From positions 38,440,001 to 38,504,000 of the forward strand of contig CM074517.1 in the NCBI GenBank assembly GCA_037379345.1: 64,000 nucleotides of DNA. The letters run 5' to 3'. Positions 13,401 through 27,300 of the stretch are shown piece by piece (within the stretch, counting starts at the first letter, position 1; each line of letters opens with the position of its first letter). Position numbers and translations under genes: made by a program. The notes beneath the pieces are model-generated. The model had not been told where the DNA came from and ran no database searches. It saw nothing but the letters and a program-made list of their open reading frames with translations. This stretch comes from Perna viridis. Taxonomy: Eukaryota.

Positions 13401-13883
13401 CGGAAAGATTTCGACTGAACAAAGAATTCAAATTGCAGAAAAGAAGACAACAAAAAAAAGAAAATCCTACCATAAAAAAATCAACCAATTGCGAAAGAGA
13501 ATTCAAGGGTATACAAGGACAACGCAGGGGCAAAAGACTAAAGAGAATATAACGTAAGAAATAGACAAAAGGAAGACAAAAGACAGAAAAGAAAGGACTA
13601 TATGAAACTTGATAGGAGGCATTCCAAAATATCAGAATCTGAATGGAAAAAGCAAGGTAGGCCTGAAATAGGACAAAACTATATAGTAAAAAAGATAAAG
13701 AACTTCAGTGAGTTCACGATAGCGCACATACGCGCCAATAGATGTTTTCTTTGGACAAGATCAAGTCACTATACCAGAAAAGAGCCTCCATGACAAATAT
13801 CTGTTAAAATAATCATATCGAAGCTAACCATTCAACAAAATTGGTAAAAAATCCGTAAAAAAAGATTTGCTATCCCGCTACCC

Positions 13884-15458
13884 ACGGTGGATATCCGTTA
13901 CGGGTACTTTTCGGTCAATTTCCGTTCCGTCATTTCTTTTTGCACAGGAAACGAGTATTTTCAGCGTTACACGAGGTAAGTGACACCAGCCTACTAAAAA
14001 AAACCCAAAATATTAAAAGATTTATTCAAATATCAAGTCTTCAGATATTCCACGGAACTTTTTAATATTTTGAGCATAAATTTATGTATTGTATTTAAAT
14101 TTTAAGTGTGTATTTTCCAGGTTTTTTTCACGGCAAGCTTTTTAACATTCATACCGTACCTCCAAATCTGGCACTGAATATATTCTACATTCGATTTTTT
14201 TGGTTTAATCAAATATAGTGAAACAAAAACACACTCCATAGCTAAATATACCACTCTTCCACATTTCAACACTAAAGTTCAAGAAAAATAAGCAACTATG
14301 GTGAGAAATAAGATGATTTCTGTCTATTTGAAGAGAGAACGGATTTTATTGCTTCAGGAATAGAAATCTTTACGATTCCTCATTTCAGCGGGGAAGTACA
14401 TATTAGTATGTGTATATGTCCTAGCTTATTCCTTTGTAAATTGTATATATAATGGATTAGAATAGAATAAACTTTATTTGCCATCTGAATCAGTGCGCCC
14501 CGAAGGACAGCAAAATCAAACACAATGATTACAATGATTATAGAAAAAAAAAAACGATAAATGTCATAGCTTATTCTTTTGTAATATTTTTTTTACATAA
14601 TTTTAGTAAGTCTGGAGTATCATGACCGCAGACAAAAATTAAACAAAATTACAGTGCTGACATTTTGTTAATTATTTCAAAAACAACCCGCATTTATATT
14701 TTTTCATGAAGATTTTAAAATCATTCCTGTACGGAGGCGTATTAGAGTCATGCATAAAAATATCATCTCGCCACGGCGAGTTACTATCTCGCCGCTGCGA
14801 GTTATTATTAACCGAATCGTTTGATGAATAGTTCAATGTATACATAGCGCGGATTTAGATGGGGCGTGAAAGGCGTGCGCCCCTCAAAAAACGATTTTAT
14901 ATTTACCAAAAAAAAAACCTATAAAAAAACAGCCTTTAAATCCTGAAATCTCAGGCGCTTGCGCCCCCCTCGCCCCTTACCAGGGCGCTGCCATGGACCT
15001 TTGGGGAATTTAAGCGGTCCTCAGTCACCTTCAAGTTTTCGTCGCATCACAATATCTTCTTATTTCAATTGTTCGTTTTTGGCATCATTATTGCGTTTTT
15101 ATTGACATAAGTTTGCAATTGCGTCACCTTTAATTAAGTATTTTCTAAAATTTACAAAATTGAGGAAGCCGGGATCACGTTGAGGACCGACACGCATCAT
15201 TATCTTGCAAGAAAATGTTATTTCCTTTTTAGCAAAAAAAAAATGAACTCAGTCAGTTTTAAGGCTCAAGACATAACAGTGTTCCGTAGTGCAATAAAAA
15301 TAAACAAACTATACCTCTGGTAGTTTCCTTGGTTCGAATTAACATCACTACCCGGCGATGACACGTCCATTTGTGCATCAAAAGTCCGTTCCTTGCGCAA
15401 AAAGAAATGACGGAACGTAAATTGACCGAAAAGTATCCGTAACGGATATCCACCGTGC
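13884..15458. repeat. ~70-bp inverted repeat pair bracketing ~1.5 kb (possible DNA-transposon ends)
   Basis: CACGGTGGATATCCGTTACGG...CCGTCATTTCTTTTTGC at ~13884-13950; reverse complement at ~15390-15458. Confidence 0.7.
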
Positions 15459-15719
15459 TACCCAGGCTATACACATGTATAGGCCTACATGTAATAATTT
15501 TCAACGAAGCCCCCCCCCCCACTTTTCTCCTAAGAAAAGTGGTTTCCCTTGAATGCATTCTATGATAATCAAACTCATCCTAGTATAACTACACCTGCCA
15601 AAATGTAGGTATCGGTTATGACGCAATGACGGACGCTGACAGTCAGGAAAAACAGTATACCATATATAAGAAGTTGTTGCGTGGAGGTACAAGTAAACCC
15701 ATATTAAAACTGTAGATAA

Positions 15720-16480
15720 AAACTTTATAGAGACTTCGCATGCTCGTGGTCCTCAAGATGCAGCCGGCAGTTTCATCAAAAAGCAAGTTGATTTGTCTGT
15801 AATTCGTGGGCAGTATGTGATTCAAAGTGCACATTACTTATATGACTTTGCAACAAAACATCTTTGTAAAACTGCTGATGATTCAAAATGCGCACGAAGG
15901 ATTTTCTGTCATATCGACTCATCAAAAGAATTCACCAAGTATTTTCTACGAAATTAGAAACAGTAACAATTAGAAAGTTTTCCTGCTATACGTGTGAAAA
16001 ATGTTTAAATACAGATTACGACGATTGCATGAATATTGACCAAATTGGCAACTTTTTTTTATCTTAAAAATGACTAAAGAAATTGCTGATCAGGAATCAG
16101 AAGAAGTGGAAGTTGCTGATGACATTGAACACCTTTACGATCTTGTGTCGAATGGAACATTGATTTCCGTTTAAGCAGACGATGCTAATGTTCTTTATTA
16201 TCTTGTAAAAGCGAGCAAACAAATGACGGTTCTAAGAAAAAAATCAACCGACAAATGGGGGATAACCTATCCTCCCGGAACAAAAATAATACACGGATAT
16301 TATTTCGGAATGGTGAACGAAAATCCACTAGGACAAAAACTGATAAAACGTATTCCTGCTATTGTTCCCGTGCTTTCTGTAGTGTATACGTATATGTTTG
16401 GAACTAGAACTGGGTGACGACGGAACAGTTTCTATTGACGATTCCCTCCATAGAAATATACTGTGCTACCTTGACGAGTG
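15720..16480 (+). pseudogene. Degenerate DNA transposase fragment, Sola2-like
   Basis: Translates ETSHARGPQDAAGSFIKKQVDLSVIRGQYVIQSAH, resembling the TSHGKGP.DG.GG..K block, followed by frameshifts and stops. Confidence 0.5.
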
Positions 16481-18324
16481 AGAGGTCGACTAAAATTTTA
16501 ATAACAGTTAATAAACTTTAATTTTGTTTTAGGTTGTGTTTATTTATAAGAAGAGCAAAATGCAGATATTTGATTATTTCTATGATAAATTTGATTCATA
16601 CTCGTGCTCCAAATAAGGCCGTTCGGAAAAAAATATTTTCAAAACAATGAAATAATATAAAATCACCCCGCAATTGATGTTGAATAGTACGCAGACACTA
16701 GGTCATATTTCGAAATTTATGGTATAAAAGTCAATAAGACAAATCATCAGAGAGCCTCCGTTTAATAACACCCACACATAATTAAAATATAAAAATGGAT
16801 TCAGTTAGTGAACAGGAAAAAATGCTTGCAAATAAGGTAACGTTTGATGGTCAATTAAAAAAAAAGAAAAACGTGATTTGAAAACGTTACGTTCGTGGAG
16901 TCAACTTTGTGCGCGACGTCCAACAATCCAAAGAGGACAATCAGACAATTATTACGAACAGACAACTTGGTATATTGGCAGCATTACCTTGTCCAAGTAC
17001 TCACAGAGTCATATCCCGATATTCGGCATAATGGTTGCAATTTCGAGCAAAACTTGTAATTTTCTATTTTTGGATGATTACACTCCTTGAGACGTTTAGG
17101 TTTCCCGCACGCACGACACCTAAACGCACGCTAAACGCTCACTAAACGCACGAAAAACGAACGCTTCTATCGTGCGTTTAAAGAACGCTCCTATCATGCG
17201 TTTAAACGAACATTAAACGCACGATAGACAAAAGATAAAAAATTATATTTACAAATAATGATGTAAGGGAAAATAGAAAATTGAATTAATGATAATTTAT
17301 AAATTAATAATAGTAAATAATATAAACATAACACTTGAATCGAGGAAATAATCAAAGTACAAAAATAAACGAACGCTTCTATAGTGCGTTTAAACGAACT
17401 CAAAACGATGTGTAAACACGATAAACGATGCACGAACGCTAAAATGGAAAACGTGAACGTTTCAAGGAGTGTAAGTGAATGGGTTACTAGAGAGTTGAAA
17501 ACACAGTCGTTGCGCTTATCAGTCTACTGGAGTCGTCTATTTCCAGGTGTATGTCAAGATAAAAGAGCAGACTCCTGGTATGTCCTTTTAGTCAAGTTGT
17601 GACGGATCCTGAATCAGTGAGAGTGGTTTTGGGGCTAATATTACTGCGCAGTTTTTACCAAAATAAAACGCCTAAAATTAATGAAATTTACACAACAATA
17701 CCCTGATCCCCCTTGGCTACACTACCGTCTAATGTCATTAATTTTAAACTCAATGGAAGACAGGGTATCGGTATTAACAAGAACTTTTATACGTGGTGTA
17801 GCGTTTCACAACATTATTCGAAAAATGTCTAAAGTATAACTGCTTCTTGATAAGAAAACAGAAAATTTTGACTCAATCCATAAATTACATCTACACGTAT
17901 ATTCATTCAGGTACTGTAAACTATTATTTTTTCTGGTGTAGTGATTTTCGGTATTTTAGTGATGGTAAATAAAACTGATAGCACAAAAAATAGTAGTAAT
18001 AATTGCTTATAAAAAAACATCATGAAATTTGCAAGAGTTTTAAACAAAAACAAACCTGTCTTATTAAAAATATAATGATACCTTTCAACTAGGTGATCGC
18101 ACAAACACGTACTAACAAGAACGTTCACAGTCATTTTTATAGAAGTACTAACACTTAAAATAAGATTCAACAGCGGGTTTTCAAACTTTAATGGCAGTTT
18201 TTAACGCCGTCGGATTTCTCAATCCAACAAAAAATAAATATTTGACAACATATGCACTAAACACAACACAGAGATTCAAAATCAACAAAAAAATAAATTT
18301 CATTATAACAGGATTTAACCAAAG

Positions 18325-21300
18325 TCAACTAGATTTGAACATGTCGCAAAGCAATCGCTCAATTGGGATGCTTCCAATTGTTCGGCGGAAGAAAACATCT
18401 TCCATTGCACGTGGGCTAAGAGTGCGCAAAACCGGAAGCATAAGTAAAAGCTTTCCAAACCGGAACTTATTGTTCGACTGTTGCGTCATTATGTAGTCAT
18501 TCAACATCAGCTGGGCTTGGTCTTGTAATAATTCTACCTGGAAGTTTTCTCTTATACCTCGTGCCTCTGAAACGAAAATACCACATTGCCAGCTACAGAG
18601 GTTTTTATATGATAGATAGTTGCCTCCGTGATTATTTAACATTTGAATGTTTATACTTCACCAAAAATGAAGGATATCATTTCCAGACGCGAATACAGGG
18701 ACGGGCGTGCAGAATCCACACACTCTGAATAGGCGGGTGCCAGCCGATGTTCCTCAGGAAAAGGGGGGAGCAAGGACATTATTTGTAAATTTAAAATGGA
18801 TCTGCCACTGCCGGGTGTATGTCCCATAAAATTGGGAAACTATTTCTTGCATGAAATTTTGATTTTTCACTAAAAGACCTTGATATGTACAGTTTTAAGT
18901 CCAATGATTTTGGCCTAGTTCCAATATTCATTTTTGGGGAACTATTGGTCAATAAGTAAGCATAGGTAGCAGTATTTTTGTTGTTGTGTTGTTGGTGTTG
19001 CTTTTAAGTTCTTGGACTAAATCTTGCATTTCTATTATTCCATTTTTATCAATCGCGTAAGGAAAGACACTCGATGATGAGGTTTATTTCTAAAACATAC
19101 CAGGTTTGAAGAGAACCACAGCTTTCAGACAAGCGTATTCTGTAGAATCAACTCTAAGCGCGCCAAGCCTCGATGTGAGATCTTGAACCAACCTAAGTTG
19201 AGCAGCAATCAATGAACTCCGATCACCGCTGTTTGTATCAAACGAAAAACCATTGCTGGCCAAAAGAGCACCTAGAAAACAAAGTTAAGGGTGATGTTGT
19301 TTTTTATGTTAAACTTTTCTTTCATATATTTTTTTTGTGTTTCTATCGAGTATGCTCAGTCAATACTTTCGAAGAACATAAGGAACACTTTCACGCAAAA
19401 ATTTAACAGTGTTTTTTTTACCATTCTTTACAGGGGAGAACTGACTGTGCCTTCTCAGATATCAGCATAAATAATATATGACCTAGCTACGAAATTGCAT
19501 AGGAAGAGTTATCAGCTTCCAAATTTTGGAGCACATTGCGACACGGTTTTATTTTCAAGTCATCAGCACCACTATCGGTCGAACTGCAAAATTGCTTTGA
19601 TCAGGATTCGTAAGGAGATGAATAGCTATGTCTTGTTCTTAGCTTTTTCCTAGTTACATTTCTCGCATGCAATAATGACAACTAGAAAATCATAAAACAC
19701 AGAAAAGTTTTTAACGCTAGACTACTATGGGGGGTTCTTTTACACCATGCGCTACTAAACAGAAAAGTTTTTGGATAATAGTGACTTCAATCATCGTGCT
19801 TGACGATTTTGAGAAATATAAGTTGGTATGGCCTCCGATGGTATAGATGGATGAACACAATGTAGGAATTAGAAGAATTAGGTCTTTTGAATTCATCATA
19901 TTATGTACATTTGTACATATAAGCTTTTGTTTAAAAAAAGTTTCAGCACATTAATTTCGTAAGCATCTACTCGATTTTCGACGATTAGATCGAAGGAAAT
20001 TGGAGCCTTTGGAGAAAATCAAATTCTTAATTTAAAAAACAAAATAGATCCATTTTTTGGTGGAAACCCAGCATCCAGTAGTTTAAAGGGATTTACCCAA
20101 TTAATTGCTACTGCGCTATCACGACCATAATATGATACATGCATGTAAAAGCGATTAGATCATATTTATCTTACCAATATCGATGGGAAGTGACCACTGT
20201 GCTGCACTTAGAACAAAAAGTTCGCACCAAGATTCCTCAAGCAGTATGGCTTGGTCTCTAAATGGCAGTTGCAGGAATGACGGGATATTTTTTGCCCACT
20301 TAACACACATGAAAAGCAGTCTAGCCGCTGTTTCGAATACATTTTCACTACCGGAAGTTATGAAAGAATTATCTGTTGGCAGAAGATTGTGCGAAAACTT
20401 TGTGAACGACTGAGGGGCCTGCTGGTACGTCTGCATGCTGGGGGAAAACATCAACATCTTTGGGGCAAGTTTTGGAGACTCATCAGAGTTAGAGCTCTTT
20501 GGATTGGTAGATGACGTGACGTTGGGACTGTCCGTTTTATCTGATGATGGCGAACCTATAAAACAATTAAAGGACTATAAAGTAATTTTTAGCTGATGCA
20601 AATTTAGAAATTCAAGCCTCTCTGTTATGATTAGTCATTAGTAATTAGAAGCAACACATGCCATGCAGTTGACCTTGATTTTTTTATTGTCATTAAAGAT
20701 TTCGTAGCTTCTGTTCGATTTCTTTTTATTGTATAATGTATACGTTTAATAGATATCGTTCCTTGTCCCATTGAGAATAGCATGGTTTTGTAAGCAAACT
20801 TACTATTATCCGACGATGGTGTAGACTGGGGTTCCGGTGACGGCGTCACCCTGTCATGGCTGTTATCCGTTCGGTCAGGCTCGGCGTCGGACTTTTCAGA
20901 CGGTGATGCACATCGGCTGGTTGTGCTGTTCACTGCTGGATGAATAGGCGAGCAAGTAGACGAGGAGTTACTGCCACCATCACTGTTGTAGTTACCAAAC
21001 CTAGCGCGCATGTCCATCATGTTGCATGTAGGGAAACTAGGAGGGTGAAATGGAGGTCGGCGTTGATCAGGTTGATACTGGAAAGCAAAGGATGACGGGT
21101 AAACCGGGTTTGGTCTGTAAGTTTGAAATTCTGGAACCCTCAGATTAGTGTTGAGTGGCTGGAAATGATGGAGCTGTCGACTGCAAAATTTCATAATAAT
21201 GACTAGTTGACGGCTATACATTTTTCTGTAGTCTGTACGATGAATGTATTAAAACTACCATCACCTTTATTAGATGTGAACTTTAATAATTTACCAGCAG

Positions 21301-24300
21301 AATTTACCACTTTGTCAATAAGTAAAACCAAGGTTTACCATGGTTTATGTAGAGTGATAAGCTATATTTAACTCTATGTTCAAGAGAATGGATATGGAGA
21401 CTGAAACAGAAAAAAAAACTACATAGACATCGAGAGAAAACGAGTAACACAGATGGAAGCTTTGACTAGTGCAGCGTAAGTAGTGTAGTCATTTCTGAAT
21501 CCTAAGTTCTCGTTTCTTGAGATCGACAAAAATACATGTACGATATAATAACTGATGACATGTATGTGGGCGGTCTTCATGAATATAATATGTTATGGTA
21601 GCACGTTTATAACATTTACCTCTCAAAGAATTCCTCTAACCCAAAAGGGTAACCAAACTTCATCTGGTGGTCGTCAGGGTTTTCCCTTTTGTACTGGAAG
21701 CATCTAGGTGACCTTTCATGCTGCACAGCTGCAAATTTTAAAATACGGTTACCGTTTTAAAAGCATTAACATACTGTTTAAAAGTGGTTGTGGACTACAT
21801 GAACACTACCATGGCCTTAATGAAATGCACATTATAGATCTATATAAATCAACAAAATTTTATGAATTACTTCGACTTAAATATTGTGCTTCAATACTCT
21901 CATCCCAACTCCCTGAGATGGTGATGAAGGGACAACATACTTAATGTCATAATGAATAGGAATAAAGTTACGGCGCAACAGTGTACTTTTCGCTGTTTTT
22001 ACTAATCTCCGCAGACATATAACCGCTTCCTGATAAATACTAAGTATCTCTCCGCTAGCTGATGACAATTGGGTTTTTTAACCACCTTGAATATTAATGC
22101 AGGCCTCTCTCACGGTCGATGTTATTGGTTAGTAGAACCAATTGGTCTTAGTGGCGGAACCCAGCCTTCGAGATACCTGACCGAAGAACTCGGTCAGAGT
22201 ATGTCCTACTAGCCGCTATACGTTGCTGTGTTGACGCTCTGGCCTACCACGATCCTACGTGGGTCCAAGAGCATTTCCCCAATCTATTTGTGAGTACGTC
22301 ACCGTGTAGAGTGCTTCCGCTAGCTTATAGATGTAACTCTTATAAATAACGAATATACCCTCTGCACTGGATCAAAATGCTCCACATACATTGAAACATG
22401 CATGAAACATTTTGTTGTACATGTATTTAATTTTATAGATAATCATTAGGACCTAACCTACTAGACCGGAAGTAGATTGTTATATAGATAATCATTAGGA
22501 CCTAACCTACTAGACCGGAAGTTGATTGTTACATAGCTAAGTTGAATTATTTAGGTTTCTGTCCTGATATTTTTATATGTCATTTTTTTCCTGATTGTAA
22601 TCACCTGTTTCTTTTTTATTCAATGGATACTGTAAATAATAACTGCTAAGAACAAAATTGTGTGATACGATATGACTGAACACTTTGATAATAACTTGAC
22701 TCATGAGGCACATATCAATTTTATAAGATTACTAAAATGGTCATTAACATACAACGAAGATTGGGCAAAATCGTAATGAAAGCATAATTCAAGCAGAACA
22801 AAGATAAAAGCAACAAAGGAAGACAAATTCGGGCTGAAATCAGTGGTACAATTGTGAAGGTTCATAGATATATATATATAATAATCAATGATGCTTCAAG
22901 ATGTGTAATGCTGCATCTCCAAAATAGGTTAAGTTCTTCTCCCTGCAGTAGTCAGACTGAAGATGGCCAAAAGACACTAGCATACATGTACCTCAGTGGT
23001 TATGTACCGCAATGCTAAAGGATTTTAAAGAACAAAATTGCAACAAGGTACAGAGCTATAAGTATAACCAAGTTAACTTTCAATTATTTAATGTTTAGTT
23101 TAATTCAATCCTATGCATATAACTCATTATAATCATATTTCATTTTTGAACTCAAGTTTTGTTTTTTATTAGTCCCAGTCCCTTTTCTGCATGTATACTG
23201 CGACGTGAAAAAAATATATGTAAATATTTTATTATTATCTTTTTAAAAATGAATTTTTATAACGAAAAAAGAATTTTAATTTGTGGCATAAAAAGAAAAA
23301 AAATAATAAAAATTGATTTTATAATTATTTTGCCTTAATCATCGTAACAACTCATTGGTTTACAGTTTTGTTTTTACAACAGAAAAAATATAAAAATTCT
23401 GCATTTTGCCTAAGTACTTCTTTACCTGTAATTCACAGCTAAGGCGAAACGGGAACACTCAAATGTTCTACAGTCCCTACCCTAAAGTATCAATTATTTC
23501 GCGCTGAATTGAGTATTCTTAAAATTTGCTCAAATGTTTCTCGTCCGGCGTTGTATTGTAGTAAATGATTGCGTATATATACCCTGGTATAAACATATAG
23601 CCTAAATTTTGGAAGTCGGATATCACTTCACAGAGTAAGTCAAAATCAAAATTGTTACAATCAAGTACCCTATTATCGACGACTTAATCAGCACGCGACC
23701 GACGTGATGTCAAGCGCGTGTCTTAAGCTTAGTCTCTCGAGTGTTTAAACAGGGCATGACTGATCACCAATTAGCGAAGATTTTTGTGAAAACGAGATAC
23801 TTGAAAATTTATCAATATCACGAAGTAATGCGTTAAATCTTTACTTGAATTCTGTTCTAAAGATAAATAAATCCACATTTGTTTCCTTCGAGTTATTGAA
23901 CAAACTAATTAATATTTTTACAAGCAGTGACAATGCTTTGAGAAAGTTTGTTTTGTTTTTTTGTCTTTTGATTCAACTAAGTAATGAGACAAGCCAAAGA
24001 AGAGTATATTAAGATTCATGAAATTTAATATGAAATTCCTGAAGGGGGTCAAAACAAAGTGCTTTTTATAGCGTTACGTGGTAGTGGGGGAATTGAAGAT
24101 AAACTTCACCAATGCTTACACCGAAAAATGATTACATTAATAAATATATTTTTGTACACAGAATTGTTAATTTCTATTTTGCTTTTTTTTTAATACCGTT
24201 ACCTATTCATGACTCTAATATAATCTGAGGGAAAAAAATAAATAATTTTAATGCTGACTGTGTTGGTAAAAAAAAATGCACTGCACACGTGTACTTAATT

Positions 24301-27300
24301 TCGTCAGGAGGTTAAAGAATAATTTATAATTTACTTAACAGTCTCAATCTTAAAGGGAATCGTCAGTTAACTGAAAATAGTGACATTTTCTGGAATCATA
24401 GTAATTTAAAAAAAAACCTAATTATTCATCTTGCAGAGGACACACATCTTTGGTGCTAATAATAAAAAAGAACTTTACTATTCTTATAATTCCCTGTAAA
24501 TGAGATATGAGAATCATTCTATTTTGCTTATTACTTTACGTCTTTTTCCTCAAACGGCAATTGATTTTATATCTGTTACTCCGCGTTATGTTGCTCGTTT
24601 TACATTCCCTGAGCAGAAGAGCAAGACAAACTCTTCATTTGATCACAATTACATCAATTATCAACGTAATTATCTAATCTGACAAAGAAATAAGTACCAA
24701 AAAATCTGCTCATCTGTCGTTTTCTCAAAATCATGTTTGCTTATAAGCGTTTAAATATTTACAGAACATCCGGAACTGAACTCCTCAAGAAACATAACTC
24801 CAGACCAGATCATCCTCCGATACTAAATCTGATCATGCGCAAACATTTTATTTCGAGTGTTTTTCAAAAAGCTTTGGTCATATCTTCAAAAGGGTGTAAC
24901 AAAGAAACGTATGCTGCGATAGGGAAAAAAATCTATAAAGACGACGTATGCGTCACTATGAAAAGGTGAAAATTAGAATTCCTGCGATTTGATGCAAAAT
25001 TTTTAGAGGTCGAGGTTGTTTTTTTAAATAACTTTTGTGCCTCTCTTCCATTGTATTGATTGGAGACAAACATATCCAACTTTTTTATCGAAATGGAAAA
25101 TAAAAATATATTAAAATCAGTAGAAAGTAAATTTGAGCCTGCATGTGTATAATAATGACTTGTATATCTTACCATCCTTATTCATTTTGACTTCAAGACA
25201 TTTTTTGAAGCGACAGGCCTGACATTGGTTTCTTCTGGCGACGTCGACTATACACTTCCCATTCTCTTTACATACATAGTCCAAACTTCTTCGTATACTT
25301 CGTTTGAAAAAGCCTCGGCATCCATCACAGCTCATAACACCATAGTGCTTCCCCGACGCCTTGTCCCCGCAAACCCGACATAGCGATTCCGGCTTCCTTG
25401 TCACGTGTACATTATCTGTAAAAGTGCATTTAAACCAATTATAACGTCGATTAACCAGTGGTAAATCAAAGATGGTGGGTACAGAGGACCGGTATACCAA
25501 CTTTTTTTTGAAAAGTTTCCTTGACTTCGTGTAAAATTTGAGAAAAATGTGCCAATAAATTTAATGATAGCCTGGATTCCTATTTTCACGAACTCCCTTT
25601 TTTTCAATATCTTTGGACCCGCCCATGCTATTTGGCATCTGATTTTTTAAGGTTTGGCTAAAACCAATTTTTTCCTTGACGTTTTCACTATATTTGGATA
25701 AAGGGCTCGCCTCAGGTTTGCACACGAATTTTGGTACTACAATTTATTCAAGTAAAATGGAGACAATACTTTGCAAATATGCACATCTTTCAGAACTTAT
25801 GCATATTTGCAAAGTATTGTCTCCATAAGTTGTGTCTTATGCCAGTTACATTACATCCACAGTCATTTTAACAGTGGAAAAATGTCGACATGACTATCGC
25901 AGTTCCAGTGGCGGATCCAGGATTAATTCCCATGTTTTGATACACCTTCCTGCGCCTGGTTGATATATATAGCCCTGTTATTAGTATCTACATGTTAGTC
26001 TTCCATGTCCTTTATATATATCGGCAATAAGTATTAATTACTTTTATATTTGTCATACAAATTGGCTATGAGTTTTTAGCAGCATTTATGTTTTCCCTTG
26101 CAATTCATTGTCTTCCATAGGAACGTTAAAACCAGGTTTTCCCTTCCTCTGGTAAATGCTGAGATCTATATTTTGTTTATTCTTATAAAATGTACATTTA
26201 AAAACATGTAATTACAATGTCCACTTTTATAACCATGCATAAAAAATGCAACTAATCGACATTGGCGCCTCGTATTAGTACTTTTCGGCAAGAAACGAAA
26301 AAAATGCATGCATGTATACAGACCACATGTTTATATAGCATTGCTGTTCAACTATATGAAAATCCGTTACATGAAGCCGAAAACCAAATGGAATGTCGTA
26401 TGCAAGAGATATATAACTTCCTGGAGTTACTGTTTCCTCGATCCAGTGCAGGATATCAGTAAATACAATTATAGCCTATAGGCAGAAATTAATTTCATGT
26501 TATCAAAATTACTGTCTGCCCACGTTTAGGCGAGTATACATACTGCACATTTTTTTCTGGAATCTTCTTGAATCTGTGCCTGGTTTCCAGAATTTTGGGA
26601 TTAACGACAACCGTGGAACCAACTGGTACCTTTCTGATTGTCGTTCGGTGACTATTCATTTAAGATCCCTAGTGATTTTAACTTTTGATACAATGTTTGT
26701 CTTTATGAAGAAATTAAGCCCCCCCCCCCCAACTCTTTTTCCTTTATTATTTGTTTCAGAGTTATAAATAGTTTAACACGAATAAAATGACCGGCTTGAA
26801 GGCAGCTGTTTATTCAATATGTACATCATGTTTACATTATGGTTTGAGACTAAACAGCATGTGGTTAGTTTAAACATATTTATTCAAATATAAGCACAAG
26901 CAAATACAGTGTACACATTTACATACACTCATGGTAGGATTCGGAAAGAAGCTAGATAGCTTATACAAAGTTCCGTGTCCTTAAGAGTATTCTTATAAAT
27001 AAGATGCATGTGGAATGGTTTTCATAATTGACTTGTAAATAAGACAAACGAATAGAAAAACAAAAATGGAATTACAAAATTAGTGTGGAGATGCAGTACA
27101 TGGAAGTCATGCATTTATAAACCTTCTACTTTTGATAATAAACTTCTGAACTTTAAGTAAAACTGCTACATTTTGTTCAGCATTTAGAATATTTGAGCCA
27201 TATAATACATTTACAGTAATAGGTACATCAAGTGCCATAGAAAATATGATTTCATTTCGTAATAAAGTATATTTGGGACAAAAGAGCAAAAAATGGGAAG

